64,000 bases of DNA from Nitrosopumilus sp. (GCA_965219345.1 OZ244732.1:384001-448000), one strand, 5' to 3'; shown: positions 1 through 10,904, numbered from the stretch's first letter. Notes: generated by a model from the sequence alone, not told the origin. Numbers and translations are program-made.

Positions 1-305
1 GCACGTTGAACATTTTCAATAAGAGAAATTATTGTTGCATCTGTATCATTTATGTCAGATCTTATGATTGCCGAAATTGTATTTAAGCCAATTTTTTTAC
101 TAGCAAGAAATCTTCTCTGTCCAGCAATCAAATCATATTTTCCATCTTTACTCTTTCTTACCATAATTGGATTTAGAAGTCCTTTTTCTCTAATACTATT
201 TGCTAAATCATCCAAACTCGTTTCTTCGGTTCCTGCTCCTAAATCTTTTCTAGTGTTAAATTCAGATATGTTAATTTCACTAAGACTCAACTCTTTGATA
301 TCCAT
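1..305 (-). CDS. ParB/Srx-like N-terminal domain protein (runs off window edge; not in ORF track)
   Basis: Manual translation from ATG at 305: MDIKELSLSEINISEFNTRKDL...LDDLANSIREKGLLNPIMVRK...YDLIAGQRRFLASKKIG...ISLIENVQR; ParB box motifs GLLNP, GxRR and EN. Confidence 0.85.
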   Translation of the reverse strand, partial: MDIKELSLSEINISEFNTRKDLGAGTEETSLDDLANSIREKGLLNPIMVRKSKDGKYDLIAGQRRFLASKKIGLNTISAIIRSDINDTDATIISLIENVQR

Positions 306-512
306 ACACGAAATTAAGCTATAGTGATTTAAAGTTAAATTATTTTTGATTTTTTATAATTTTATGCCTAATTATAGTCGGAGTGTCAATGTGATCTGAC
401 AAATCGTCCGCCCAGATTCAAAATTCTCATTAGGAGCATTGTTACTTTGGTTCAAATCTCTCTCAAAATGTAGAATTGTTTGGATTAGAACCAATTTTTC
501 TAAATTTAGATT

Positions 513-704
513 CTATTTATCAACAGGATGAGTTTCAATAGCACTCTTGAGTTGATCAAGTAGATGTATATCATCAAGATATTTTATAATCGCAGTTTTT
601 GCCAAGTCAGATTTACTAGAAAAAAGCCCCATTTCCACTGTATTTTTAACAACCTCAGAAATTCGTTTTGGGAGAGTAACTTTGATTATTTCCCCTTCAG
701 TCAT
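513..704 (-). CDS. Ribbon-helix-helix (CopG/Arc-like) DNA-binding protein
   Basis: 63 aa, IIKVTLPKRISEVVKNTVEMGLFSSKSDLAKTAIIKYL fits the RHH pattern (beta strand, helix, G-x-F-S-S-x-S-D, helix). Confidence 0.7.
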   Translation of the reverse strand: MTEGEIIKVTLPKRISEVVKNTVEMGLFSSKSDLAKTAIIKYLDDIHLLDQLKSAIETHPVDK

Positions 705-867
705 CTAACATTTATTTCCATAATGATTTAAATATGTACCCAATATAGGTCTAATATAGTCATATTAAGACCCTTATTAGGTACTGATAAATATTGTGAA
801 TGGTTACATAGTCAATTAACAACAAAATTGAGCTTTGAAATGAAAAAACAAAATTTGGAAGTTTGAT

Positions 868-1902
868 ATGATGTTTAATTTAACTAATAAGGTTCTCTGT
901 GGAGATTCATCAAAAATTCTTAAAAAAATTCCTGATAATCATGTAAATTTGATATATCTAGATCCACCCTTTTTTGCTGAACGTATATTCGAAGCTAAAG
1001 GAAAACACGGGAAAATTAATTCGTTTTCAGATATATGGGATCGTAATCTAGACTCTTATCTTGATTCAATGATTGAGGTTTTACAAGAATGTCACAGAAT
1101 TTTGAATGATACTGGTTCGTTATACCTTCATTGTGATTGGCATGCAGTACATTATCTAAAAGTAGAATTAGACAAAATATTTGGAAGAAAGAATTTCCAA
1201 AATGAAATTATTTGGAGGAGGCATAACGTACATAATAATTCTCGACATGGAACAAAGTCTTTTGGCCGTGTACATGACTCTATTCTGTTCTATTCCAAAT
1301 CAAAAAAATATACCTGGAATCCAATATACCAACCTTATTCAGAAAAATATGTGAAAAAAACATACAGACATGTAGAACCAGAAACTGGAAGATTATATGC
1401 ACTAGGAGATTTGTCAGGTCCGGGAGGTAGGTCAAAATCTAATCCTAGGTACAAGTTCATGGGATTTACCAAATATTGGAGATATTGTGAATCAAGCATG
1501 AAACGATTACAGAAAGAAAATAGAATTAGTCAAAGTAAACCAGGAAATGTACCTCTGTTGAAAAGATATCTAGATGAAATGCCTGGAATTATACTTCAAG
1601 ATGTATGGGACGATGTTCAAAGCGTCCAGGTTTCAAAGAAGGAACATGTAGGATATCCTACACAGAAACCTGAAAGATTACTAGAACGAATTATTCAAAT
1701 TTCAAGTAATGAAAATGATCTTGTTCTGGATGCATTTTTAGGCAGCGGAACTACAGCTATAGCAGCAAAAAATCTAGGGAGAAATTTCATAGGTATAGAT
1801 TCAAACAAACAGGCATGTAAAATTGCTAAAATGAGAATTAAAAAACGTAAACAAAATTCAAATGTAATATTGAAACCCATGATTTTACCTAAAAACAGAT
1901 GA
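868..1902 (+). CDS. Site-specific amino-DNA methyltransferase (N6A/N4C, beta class)
   Basis: Catalytic LIYLDPPF near the N terminus; YPTQKP and SAM-binding VLDAFLGSGTT near the C terminus. Confidence 0.92.
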   Translation: MMFNLTNKVLCGDSSKILKKIPDNHVNLIYLDPPFFAERIFEAKGKHGKINSFSDIWDRNLDSYLDSMIEVLQECHRILNDTGSLYLHCDWHAVHYLKVELDKIFGRKNFQNEIIWRRHNVHNNSRHGTKSFGRVHDSILFYSKSKKYTWNPIYQPYSEKYVKKTYRHVEPETGRLYALGDLSGPGGRSKSNPRYKFMGFTKYWRYCESSMKRLQKENRISQSKPGNVPLLKRYLDEMPGIILQDVWDDVQSVQVSKKEHVGYPTQKPERLLERIIQISSNENDLVLDAFLGSGTTAIAAKNLGRNFIGIDSNKQACKIAKMRIKKRKQNSNVILKPMILPKNR

Positions 1903-2811
1903 TAATTCTTTTTTTCTTTCATAGAATTCTTTAAAATCATCTTCAGTTTGTAATGCATCTAAATAACTAGCTGATTGTTCTAATTCATAATATTCAGATT
2001 CAGGTATCAATTTATGTTTGAGTTCAAAATCTTTTAGCAGACCTTTTAATTTTTCAAATAATTCTAAAAATTCTTTATTTTTTGATTTTGATTTTTTCTT
2101 AAATTCTTGTTTATTTGCTAGCGTATATCCGTATTCATAGTCAGATTTTTTTGAAATTACACATAATTGCATTGCAGCAGAAAGTTGTGATATCAAAGTT
2201 TCACCGAGTTCATCACGAAATTTTTTTCTTTTATCTACATCATCAAGTGAATTTGTGATTGATTCTACAGTATATTGTAAATCACGTATTGAATCACGTA
2301 TCTTTTCCCATTGAACATATTCTCTTCCTTTAATATCCACAATTATTTTGTGGAATTCTTCTGCACTTAATGCAAGAATTGAATCATTTGCTATTTGGTT
2401 TTCAAGTTTTTTTCTTTTTGCATCAGATAGTGTAGATGATGAATTTTTTGAATAAATTGAAACTAAATATCTTAGATCTCTTTTTCGGAATCGATTATTT
2501 TTACCATCTCTAAATCCTGCATACTTACAAATTTTTAAGAAATATTCCTTCTCTTGAAAACTAATTACCCAATCATAAGCGTAATCTGACCAGGATTTTT
2601 TCTTACCCAAAATTTTCCAGTCAAAATCTCTAACAATTTTCCTGTTTTGTTCACCTGAATTTTTAGTAATTCCTATGATTTCTTTAACTAATAATCCAAG
2701 TTCCCAAATCTTATGTACGTCTCTAAATTCTGTTATAGTTCCAACCACTGTTGTATTTGATTTAATATCTTCTAAAATAGAAGTTATCTTATCACTATCA
2801 GATTTTTTCAT
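1885..2811 (-). CDS. Hypothetical helical protein, translationally coupled to the GHKL ATPase
   Basis: 308 aa ORF; start overlaps the stop of 2808..4907 by 4 bp; no motif recognised with confidence. Confidence 0.7.
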   Translation of the reverse strand: MKKSDSDKITSILEDIKSNTTVVGTITEFRDVHKIWELGLLVKEIIGITKNSGEQNRKIVRDFDWKILGKKKSWSDYAYDWVISFQEKEYFLKICKYAGFRDGKNNRFRKRDLRYLVSIYSKNSSSTLSDAKRKKLENQIANDSILALSAEEFHKIIVDIKGREYVQWEKIRDSIRDLQYTVESITNSLDDVDKRKKFRDELGETLISQLSAAMQLCVISKKSDYEYGYTLANKQEFKKKSKSKNKEFLELFEKLKGLLKDFELKHKLIPESEYYELEQSASYLDALQTEDDFKEFYERKKELSSVFR

Positions 2812-4907
2812 TCTTCTTCTTTTTTATGTAAGAAAAATTTGTATTTTGCTTCCCAAAATATTCGATCTTTTTCATCAGGATCTAAATCTTTTGCACATTT
2901 TTGTATTACATGCCACAAATATGATTCTTGAATCAAATGTTCCTGTTTTATTGAATATACTTTTGTTTCATATTTTTTAGAAGATTTTCTATCTTCTTCA
3001 TAGTCCAAATAGATTTCATGTTGTTCATTAATCAAGACTTTGTAATTTGATTCATCCCATTTTGACATATTTCGATCAAATTTTCCTCTATAGGTATCAA
3101 GACCTGGACCAACAAATGATTTTTTTCTAATCCTTCCATCTTTACTTCCCAAATTTGGATTAACCAAAACTGTTTTTGTAGATCTTCCATCTTCAGATGG
3201 AAGAGTAACTTCTTTCCTTATCACTTTCTGAAATTCTTCATCTTCTGTACTTTCTTCATCTGTAGTTTTAGTAGTTGTATCCACTTTTTTCTTGTGTTTC
3301 TTCTTCTTATACAAAATGACTGTTTTAATTCCTTCTTTAGTTACTTTCCCTTCATTTTCTGTACCATCAATATTTGAGATTTTTTCGATATTTTCATCAC
3401 CTGCATCTGAACTTGAAAACATATCACCTAATTCTCCAGTATCAATTAAATCAAATTTAATATCGGACATTTGGTTTTTTAGAAATGATTGAACCTGTAA
3501 ACTAAGTTTATCATTTTCTTCTGATTTATCACTGGCTCTAAAAGCATCTTCATAATCTTTTACCTGAGGAGCTAGTTCTTTTTCAAGAATTATATCCATA
3601 TGAGCATAAAATTGTGTTAATTCCTCACCAGGTTTTGGAGACAATCTTAATGAATCTGGGTTAAGAAAGTTTGCAACTACGTAGCCAGTAACATATGGAC
3701 TTCTTAAAACCCGCTTATTCTCAAAATGTTCCATTTTATGGATGATGGAGTTTCCTAATGGTCTATTTCCAACTAAAAGAAATGGAGATTTGTAAGTATG
3801 ATAATAGTTAGGTGATGCTTGATACAGTTGTATTTGTAAAGTTCCAATCACTTCTTTTGTATAAGGATTTTTAATTTCACGATCAGGAATATCATACAAT
3901 TCTAATTCTTCCATAACTCCCTGTTCGTTTTTTGCTTCAAATTCACGTACAGGAATACATTGCAAATTTTTATTTATTTTTAAATTAATTTTTAATATTT
4001 CTTTTTCAAGTGGTACTCTAAAATGATGTTGTATTCTTTCAAAAATTTTGATTGGGTCTTTGATAAATTCTTTAAATTCCCCTTCTAACCAATTAGAAAA
4101 AATTGCAATGGTCCCATTCTCTGCATTTGAATATTTTTTAAATTTATCGTTTTTAATTGGTTCATAATTAGTTTGAATTGCAGTTTGAACTTTTTTTGAA
4201 TTTTGATTTAATTTTTTAAAAGTTTGTCTAGTCTTTCCTTCAAAAACTGTTTCCCATATGTCTTCTTTAGATAAAGAAAGTTTTAAACATCTTCCATCAA
4301 TTCTATGTTTTTTTGCAATCTCTAATTTTTCTTTAGAAGTAAGATGATTCCATTCAGATTTATTTACTTCTGATCTTAATGTAATGTAAGTCAAAGTGGT
4401 TGCAAATCCTCTAAACCCCTGTAATCCTCTTCCATACTGACCTATTTGGTGAGACTCTCCAGACTTTCGACTTTTTAGTGGATTCTTCATAACATGTACA
4501 GGATCAACCATCCCAGAACCATTATCTTTGATAATTAATTTTTCAAAATCCTTATCAATTATAACATCAATTTTTCCTGGATACTTTTTTAATTTTTTTA
4601 TTTTCATTAGATCTTCAATTGCATCAATTCCATTTTCTACATGTTCAGTTAACATTAAACCCGCACCACCATGAGCACGGAATGCATCACCAACACTATC
4701 TAACGCTGCTTTGACTTGACTAGGATCAGTTAATTGTACTTCAAAATTTCCTGAAAATTCATTTTTAATTGTTGAAGAAACAGATTGTATGTGTTGTGTT
4801 GTAGAACGATTTTTGCAATTAGGGCAAATCGGTCTACTAAATTCTGTAGGATTACATTTGAATTCTTTTTCACAAAAAATACAAAATGCATCTAATTTCT
4901 GACTCAT
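2808..4907 (-). CDS. GHKL (HSP90/MutL/MORC-type) ATPase with N-terminal Zn ribbon
   Basis: CIFC...CPNC at the N terminus; GHKL motifs LTEHVENGIDA, IIKDNGSGM, IGQYGRGLQG and NGT; charged C-terminal region. Confidence 0.82.
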   Translation of the reverse strand: MSQKLDAFCIFCEKEFKCNPTEFSRPICPNCKNRSTTQHIQSVSSTIKNEFSGNFEVQLTDPSQVKAALDSVGDAFRAHGGAGLMLTEHVENGIDAIEDLMKIKKLKKYPGKIDVIIDKDFEKLIIKDNGSGMVDPVHVMKNPLKSRKSGESHQIGQYGRGLQGFRGFATTLTYITLRSEVNKSEWNHLTSKEKLEIAKKHRIDGRCLKLSLSKEDIWETVFEGKTRQTFKKLNQNSKKVQTAIQTNYEPIKNDKFKKYSNAENGTIAIFSNWLEGEFKEFIKDPIKIFERIQHHFRVPLEKEILKINLKINKNLQCIPVREFEAKNEQGVMEELELYDIPDREIKNPYTKEVIGTLQIQLYQASPNYYHTYKSPFLLVGNRPLGNSIIHKMEHFENKRVLRSPYVTGYVVANFLNPDSLRLSPKPGEELTQFYAHMDIILEKELAPQVKDYEDAFRASDKSEENDKLSLQVQSFLKNQMSDIKFDLIDTGELGDMFSSSDAGDENIEKISNIDGTENEGKVTKEGIKTVILYKKKKHKKKVDTTTKTTDEESTEDEEFQKVIRKEVTLPSEDGRSTKTVLVNPNLGSKDGRIRKKSFVGPGLDTYRGKFDRNMSKWDESNYKVLINEQHEIYLDYEEDRKSSKKYETKVYSIKQEHLIQESYLWHVIQKCAKDLDPDEKDRIFWEAKYKFFLHKKEEE

Positions 4908-5259
4908 TTAGTTCCCTCCAAGCAACCATATTCACGTTCAACTTGATTAAAAATTGGATCTACAGACTCACATCTGATAGAAAATAGAGTATTCAATAGA
5001 ATTCCTCCATGTCTTCTTCTATTGGTTTTTTCATAGATTCAATTGCCTCATCTTTTACTTTGTGATAATCACATAAATCAACTTCAAATCTGTAAAATAA
5101 TCCATCAAGGCCCCCACTTAGTGATAGTAGAAATTCAGCAATTTGTTCAGGTGGTAATCTGAAAATAGTACTGATAATTTCTGATCCACTTTGATAGTCA
5201 TGTTCTAGTAAAGAATACATGAAATGTCTTGATATGTTTGGAATTAGATTACTAAACAT
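4908..5259 (-). pseudogene. Small first gene of the GHKL operon, probably frameshifted
   Basis: 88 aa ORF 4993..5259; adding one A in the A6 run near 5030 extends it (…KTNRRRHGGILLNTLFSIRCESVDPIFNQVEREYGCLEGTK*) to a TAA at 4908-4910 that abuts the GHKL ATG. Confidence 0.45.
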
Positions 5260-5376
5260 GTTTATCTTCCCAATATTCCTTTAAGCAATCTGAATTCCAG
5301 GAAAACACATCTAGTATTGAATGGCACACACGACACATAACTATAATAATATAAATAATTTAAGTGATGTCTTTTT

Positions 5377-6504
5377 ATGCGTCTCGTTCATCTATCTGAC
5401 ACACACTTAGGATATTCAGCCTACAACAAAACAGATTCTAGTGGAATCAACCAAAGAGAAGCAGATGTCTATTCAGCATTTAACGAGATAATCGAATACA
5501 TACTCAAAACTAAACCTGATTTGGTTATTCATTCAGGAGACCTTTTTGATAGCGTAAGGCCATCAAACAGGGCGATTCATGAGGCATTTAGACAACTTGT
5601 GAGACTCTCTCGTGCAGAAATTCCAACGGTTGTAATCTCTGGCAATCATTCAACACCAAGACAAAAAGCAACGGGTTCTATTTTTCGTCTTTTAGAATTT
5701 CTTGAATATATCTATCCAGTTTTTGAAGGCGAGTATAAAACATTAGAAATTGGAGATGCAAAAATTCATGCAATTCCTCACCCTTACAATGAAGAAATGT
5801 TTGAGAAAAACTTTAGCAAAAGTAAACTTAAGGCTGATAAGAAATTTCTCTATAACATTCTTGTTACTCATGCAACAGTAATTGGTGTTACGGGTTTTGC
5901 TGGTGCTGAATTTAAAGAATTATCAATACCGCCAAGTGTATTATCAAAAGAATTTGATTATATTGCTCTAGGACATCTTCACAAATTCATTAAAGTTTCA
6001 GATAACGCTTACTATTCAGGTTCACCAGAAAGATTAAGTTTTGGTGAAGCAAATTACAAAAAAGGTTTTCTTGACGTTACCCTCGATAATCTACAAGTAA
6101 AACACATCAAAACAAATGCTAGAGAAATGGTTGACATAAAACCAATTGATTGTTCTAATCTTGATGCAACACAAGTAATGAGAGAAGTTGAAAATTCAAT
6201 ACCTTCAGGTATATCTGGAAAAATAATACGTCTTATATTCCAAGACATACCACATCACGTTTACTCATCTCTTGATTTCAAAAAAATCGATGATATTACA
6301 TCCGAAGCATTACATTGTGATAAGCAGTTTAAAAAAAAATCTGCAATTGGAAATGTTGTAGAAGCAAGCAGTATTGGAGCATTGGGAGAGGAATTCATAT
6401 CTTTTGTCAAAAATCAACAGATTGCACCTAGTCTTCAAAAGAAATTACAAAAGAAAGGCCTAGAGTATTTGGAAGATGCCCTACAAATGGTGGAGGAAGA
6501 TTAG
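5377..6504 (+). CDS. mre11: Mre11/SbcD-family nuclease
   Basis: Metallophosphoesterase motifs HLSDTHLG, GDLFD, GNH, LGHLH and YSGSPERLSFGE. Confidence 0.92.
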   Translation: MRLVHLSDTHLGYSAYNKTDSSGINQREADVYSAFNEIIEYILKTKPDLVIHSGDLFDSVRPSNRAIHEAFRQLVRLSRAEIPTVVISGNHSTPRQKATGSIFRLLEFLEYIYPVFEGEYKTLEIGDAKIHAIPHPYNEEMFEKNFSKSKLKADKKFLYNILVTHATVIGVTGFAGAEFKELSIPPSVLSKEFDYIALGHLHKFIKVSDNAYYSGSPERLSFGEANYKKGFLDVTLDNLQVKHIKTNAREMVDIKPIDCSNLDATQVMREVENSIPSGISGKIIRLIFQDIPHHVYSSLDFKKIDDITSEALHCDKQFKKKSAIGNVVEASSIGALGEEFISFVKNQQIAPSLQKKLQKKGLEYLEDALQMVEED

Positions 6505-8928
6505 ATGATTATCCATTCTCTGAAACTGAAAAACTATAGAAAATACAAAGATGAATTTATAGAATTTCCAGAAGGTCTATTTGGAATTGTAGGAAATAAT
6601 GGTGCTGGAAAAACTTCACTAATAGAAGCACTAGCATGGGCAATTTATGGAACGAAGGGATCAAAAACGGAAAAAGAACTGATAAAGCGAGAAGAGGCCG
6701 ATCTTGACTCTGATTGTAGCGTAGAACTTGAATTTACACTGGGTTCTGATTCCTATCGTGTTTTGCGAGAACTTAGAGGGAGAAGACAAACTGCTTATTC
6801 AGCCCTTATCATGAACAACCAGCCCCAAGTAGAGGGAATAAATGCTGTAACACAGTATCTTTCTAATAAACTTGGAATGGACTATAATTCCTTCTTTACG
6901 TCCATTTTTACAAAACAAAAAGAACTTGATGCACTTTCTGACCTAACACCAGCAACAAGAAAGAAAAGAATACTAAAACTTCTTCGTATAGATAGTATCG
7001 ATGTTGCTATTAAGAAGTTGAGAGCAGACAAGAAAGATAGTGACAAGATAATAGAAGGAATAAAAGTAACTTTCCAAAACATTGATGGACTAAATTCTAA
7101 ACTAGATAATCTAAAGGAAGATAAGATAGTAAAAAGTAAAAATGTAAAGTTAGAAACGAATGCAGTAACACAAGCAAAAGATAAGAGAGTAAAAGTAAAG
7201 AAACTTAGAGAGTTACAGGAAAAAAAATACACACAATATCAATTACTCGATAAAAAACTAAAAGTTTATGAAAACACTAAATCATTGAAAACAAAAAACC
7301 TTAGAGAAAATGAAACTGAATTAAAAGAATTACTAGATGCAAAGATGGATGTAACAAAAATTTTACCAAGACTTAAACTATTAAAATTGATAAAAACAAA
7401 AAAAGAAAATCTTGATGCACTACGTGAAAAGTTCTTACAAAAATCTGTATTTGAAGATCAAATAGAAGAGATCGATAAAAGTATAAGTGAATTAAAGGAA
7501 GACAGGATCAAAGTATTAGATAAACTAAAAAAATCAAAAGGACTTGATGCACAACAAAAATCCATTGAAAATAAAATACAAACACATGATAAAGAATCAA
7601 AAGAACTTCTGAAAAAAGTAGAAAGAAAAAAAGAATCAGTAAGAGGATACAAAAATCAAAGAAAAGAACTGAAGGATGAATTTGGAAAAATCGAAAAGTT
7701 AGGCCCTCGAAGCAAGTGCCCTACATGTAAAAAAACAATAGGAGATGATTTACCTCAAATCATTAAACATTTTAAAAATGAAATTGAAAAGTTTAATGCT
7801 AAAATCAAGTCTGGGACTGCATTAATTGGTAAATTATCTGAGATTCATAATAAATCAATTGAATCATTAGAAGAGGCAAAACGGGAAAAGAGGACGTTGG
7901 ACAATCTGATAAAGCAAAAGGTAAAGAATCTTGAAGCAAAAACCAGCCTAGATAGGCAATTAAAGAATGAAGTCAGGCAAAAACAGAAAATTCAGGAGAA
8001 AATCATCAAAATTGGAAAGGTAAAGTATGACAAAAACGTGCATTCTAGAATCAAGAAACGATTAGATGAACTCATTGACCTAGACAAACAGCGTATTTCC
8101 CTCAAAGGTATGGTATCACGTATTCCTTCTGTAAAAAAGTCAATTAATTTATTGAAAACTGGTCTTTCAAAGATAGAAGCCAATATTGATGAAGTTTCAA
8201 AATCCATAAAGTCATTATCGTTTAATGAAGAACATTACCAAAAAACTAAGAAAGAGTATGACGATGCTAATAATAATTTTCACGAAAAAGAAAAAGATCT
8301 CATTAACGCAAATAACGAATTAACTACAAACTTGCAAGAAATTACTAACACTGTTAAACAGATTACAGAAGAGAAAAACAAAAGAAAGAAAATAAAGAAA
8401 GAAGAAGACAAAATTGAAGTTCTAAATATACTTGACAAGATATTTGGGGATTTCCGAATTGAATTAATTTCAAGAATAATTCCAATTCTTTCTGTTAGAT
8501 CTTCAGAACTCTTTAGAAAAATTACCGAAGGAAAATATCCAAGTATAACGCTTGATGAAGACTATGAAATTCTGATAGAAGATGAAGGCAAACGATTCCC
8601 ATTACATCGTTTTTCAGGTGGTGAAGAAGATCTTGCTAGTCTTTGTCTTAGAATAGCAATATCTCAAGTAATAAAGGAGAGAACGGGTTCGGAAGGAATT
8701 AACTTCATTGTACTTGACGAAATATTTGGAAGTCAAGATGAAACAAGAAAGAACAACATTCTCAAGGCATTAAATGATATCTCCTCACAGTTTAAACAAA
8801 TTATTGTAATAACTCATGTAGATAATGTGAAAGATATGTTGCCATATGCATTCAATGTAATTGAAACATCTGATAAGTCAAGTAAAATAATTTCTGAAGG
8901 AACTCTTAGTTTGTCTTTAACTGCATAA
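6505..8928 (+). CDS. rad50: Rad50/SbcC SMC-like ATPase
   Basis: Walker A GNNGAGKTS, central Zn hook CPTC in coiled coil, signature FSGGEE, Walker B/D-loop IVLDEIFGSQD, H-loop ITH; abuts mre11. Confidence 0.93.
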   Translation: MIIHSLKLKNYRKYKDEFIEFPEGLFGIVGNNGAGKTSLIEALAWAIYGTKGSKTEKELIKREEADLDSDCSVELEFTLGSDSYRVLRELRGRRQTAYSALIMNNQPQVEGINAVTQYLSNKLGMDYNSFFTSIFTKQKELDALSDLTPATRKKRILKLLRIDSIDVAIKKLRADKKDSDKIIEGIKVTFQNIDGLNSKLDNLKEDKIVKSKNVKLETNAVTQAKDKRVKVKKLRELQEKKYTQYQLLDKKLKVYENTKSLKTKNLRENETELKELLDAKMDVTKILPRLKLLKLIKTKKENLDALREKFLQKSVFEDQIEEIDKSISELKEDRIKVLDKLKKSKGLDAQQKSIENKIQTHDKESKELLKKVERKKESVRGYKNQRKELKDEFGKIEKLGPRSKCPTCKKTIGDDLPQIIKHFKNEIEKFNAKIKSGTALIGKLSEIHNKSIESLEEAKREKRTLDNLIKQKVKNLEAKTSLDRQLKNEVRQKQKIQEKIIKIGKVKYDKNVHSRIKKRLDELIDLDKQRISLKGMVSRIPSVKKSINLLKTGLSKIEANIDEVSKSIKSLSFNEEHYQKTKKEYDDANNNFHEKEKDLINANNELTTNLQEITNTVKQITEEKNKRKKIKKEEDKIEVLNILDKIFGDFRIELISRIIPILSVRSSELFRKITEGKYPSITLDEDYEILIEDEGKRFPLHRFSGGEEDLASLCLRIAISQVIKERTGSEGINFIVLDEIFGSQDETRKNNILKALNDISSQFKQIIVITHVDNVKDMLPYAFNVIETSDKSSKIISEGTLSLSLTA

Positions 8929-9910
8929 AAAATATAATATTTTGATCGAGTTATTATGTAATTACTTAGCAATTTAACTACTAGAAAATCATTAGTTATT
9001 ACATGTTTTATGAATTTAAAAATAAAAGATTAAGACAGGTAAGAATGGAATGGATCTACATACATTCGAAGTAGAAAATTTACTTTTAGATTCAAATTAT
9101 ACTTTTAAAGCATTAGAAACGGTTGCAGGAAATGAAAAACTTCAATTTCCAATACTCTCGAAAATTGGGATTAACTCATCAAGTGTATGATAGTAAGAAT
9201 GAACACCAAAAGATGTGTGCTCATCTATGTAATAGCCAATTCCCGCCTGATAATGATATGATTCATACAAGTGCAGGATTATCTGCACCAAGAGTTGTGC
9301 CAACTGAAATAACATTGATTACTCTAACTTGAAATTTTTAATAAGATAAAATTTAATATAATTTAGATTATTAATTGATGTAAATGCATTCATTTATTGT
9401 AATACTTGTGGATTTTCTGTAATTTTTAATTTGAATAAAGCAGATGCAATTATACATCAAATTCAAGTATTATTACATAACAAGAAATTAGATCTCGCAA
9501 AAAGAGATAACCACTCCAGTAAAATCTATGTGATACACAAGTGGCTTGCAGGTCAGTATCTAGATACGGTTTATGTGGAACAAAACTTTCTAGGTAAACG
9601 TAAAAAAATTGGATACTATGATATTTGATCTAGAAAGTTTAAGGTACAAAATTACAATATTAATGTGCAAATGATTCAAGCTTTAACTAGTATGAAATTA
9701 GATGATGATGAGATAAGAACACAAAGCATACTAGAGGAATTTGTCTAGTGTTTAGTTGATTTTTGATGTGAGGAAACTAGACATTTTTTGGCTGTGATAA
9801 TTTTAATTGATGTCACATAAATTCCTTTTATACAAGTTTAAAAAACATTAATTTTTTTATAATATTAATAAAGTATTGTTACTACTAGACAATTAGGGTA
9901 AAGAAAAACA

Positions 9911-10810
9911 TTGTCGCTAACAAGTTTATTATCCATTTTAGAAATAAAACAAAAATTCAATGAAACATTTCCTAAACCAAATGCAAAACTTTATGGTGAA
10001 ATTTTAGCTATACCTCAAACAAAAAATTATTCTTTGATAGGTACTGCATTTGATTATTTGGCTAGATTTTACATTAAATCTCAAAACCCTAATGCAGTAA
10101 CTAATAAATGGGTTGCAGAAACTGGACTAGAACGCCTAAAACTATACAGTGGTAAATATGTACATGAATTTGATTCAGATACAAATTCAATAAAACTAGA
10201 ACTAAATGATGAATACAAAATAGATGTTAATAGTTCTATGCACAAAGATTTAGAGTACTCTGAAAAAAACTTTGAGGAGGCTAAACTAAATTGTAAATCA
10301 TATCTTAAATCAGGCAAAATAACAAAATCACTAATCAAATCTAGTATACATTTAGCTCAATTGGATTTTGTGTATCGTTCTGGTCGTATCGTATTTTCAG
10401 ATGTTAATAATCAAGATATATTGGATTTAGAGAATCTTATCAAAGTATTCAAAGACAAAAAACTATTTTCAAGAAATTCTACAATTTACTTGAATCCAAC
10501 TTTTGGTGAGGCATCAAAGATTGTTGGAGGTGCAGACGCAGATTTAATCATAAATGATACACTAATTGATATAAAGACCACAAAATTTCTTAAATTTGAT
10601 CAAAAAATGTACAATCAAATTATTGGTTATTATCTTTTATCTAAAATTGGAAAAATAAATGATACAGCTGAAATAAAGATTAACAATATTGGAATTTATT
10701 TCTCTAGACATGGATTGTTATACACATTACCTGTTAGTGTGATAGAGCATCAAACCAATATCAAAAAGTTTCTTATCTGGTTTATGGAAATATCTCTAAA
10801 ATACAAATAA
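9911..10810 (+). CDS. PD-(D/E)XK nuclease-superfamily protein
   Basis: GADADLIINDTLIDIKTT (D…DIK) followed by QIIGYY (QxxxY), plus N-terminal IGTAFDY. Confidence 0.65.
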   Translation: MSLTSLLSILEIKQKFNETFPKPNAKLYGEILAIPQTKNYSLIGTAFDYLARFYIKSQNPNAVTNKWVAETGLERLKLYSGKYVHEFDSDTNSIKLELNDEYKIDVNSSMHKDLEYSEKNFEEAKLNCKSYLKSGKITKSLIKSSIHLAQLDFVYRSGRIVFSDVNNQDILDLENLIKVFKDKKLFSRNSTIYLNPTFGEASKIVGGADADLIINDTLIDIKTTKFLKFDQKMYNQIIGYYLLSKIGKINDTAEIKINNIGIYFSRHGLLYTLPVSVIEHQTNIKKFLIWFMEISLKYK

Positions 10811-10904
10811 AACTAATTTAAAATATAATTGGTATTTTACCATGTTAGTTTTCTATGCTTTTCATTATTGCAGTTACTTAGAATATGATTCCAATATACT
10901 AAAA

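Noticed and set aside
52-324. 90 aa plus-strand ORF and the many similar short ORFs opposite long genes
   Set aside because: Antisense shadows; here the real gene is the minus-strand ParB-like CDS.
5377-8928. Wadjet or Lamassu assignment for the SMC-like gene
   Set aside because: It has a Rad50 zinc hook and a canonical Mre11 partner; no kleisin, KITE, JetD or LmuA-like genes were recognised.
9049-9750. Short ORFs after rad50, one ending HTSAGL…PTEITLITL like a metallophosphoesterase tail
   Set aside because: Broken frames and too little signal to assign; probably gene debris.
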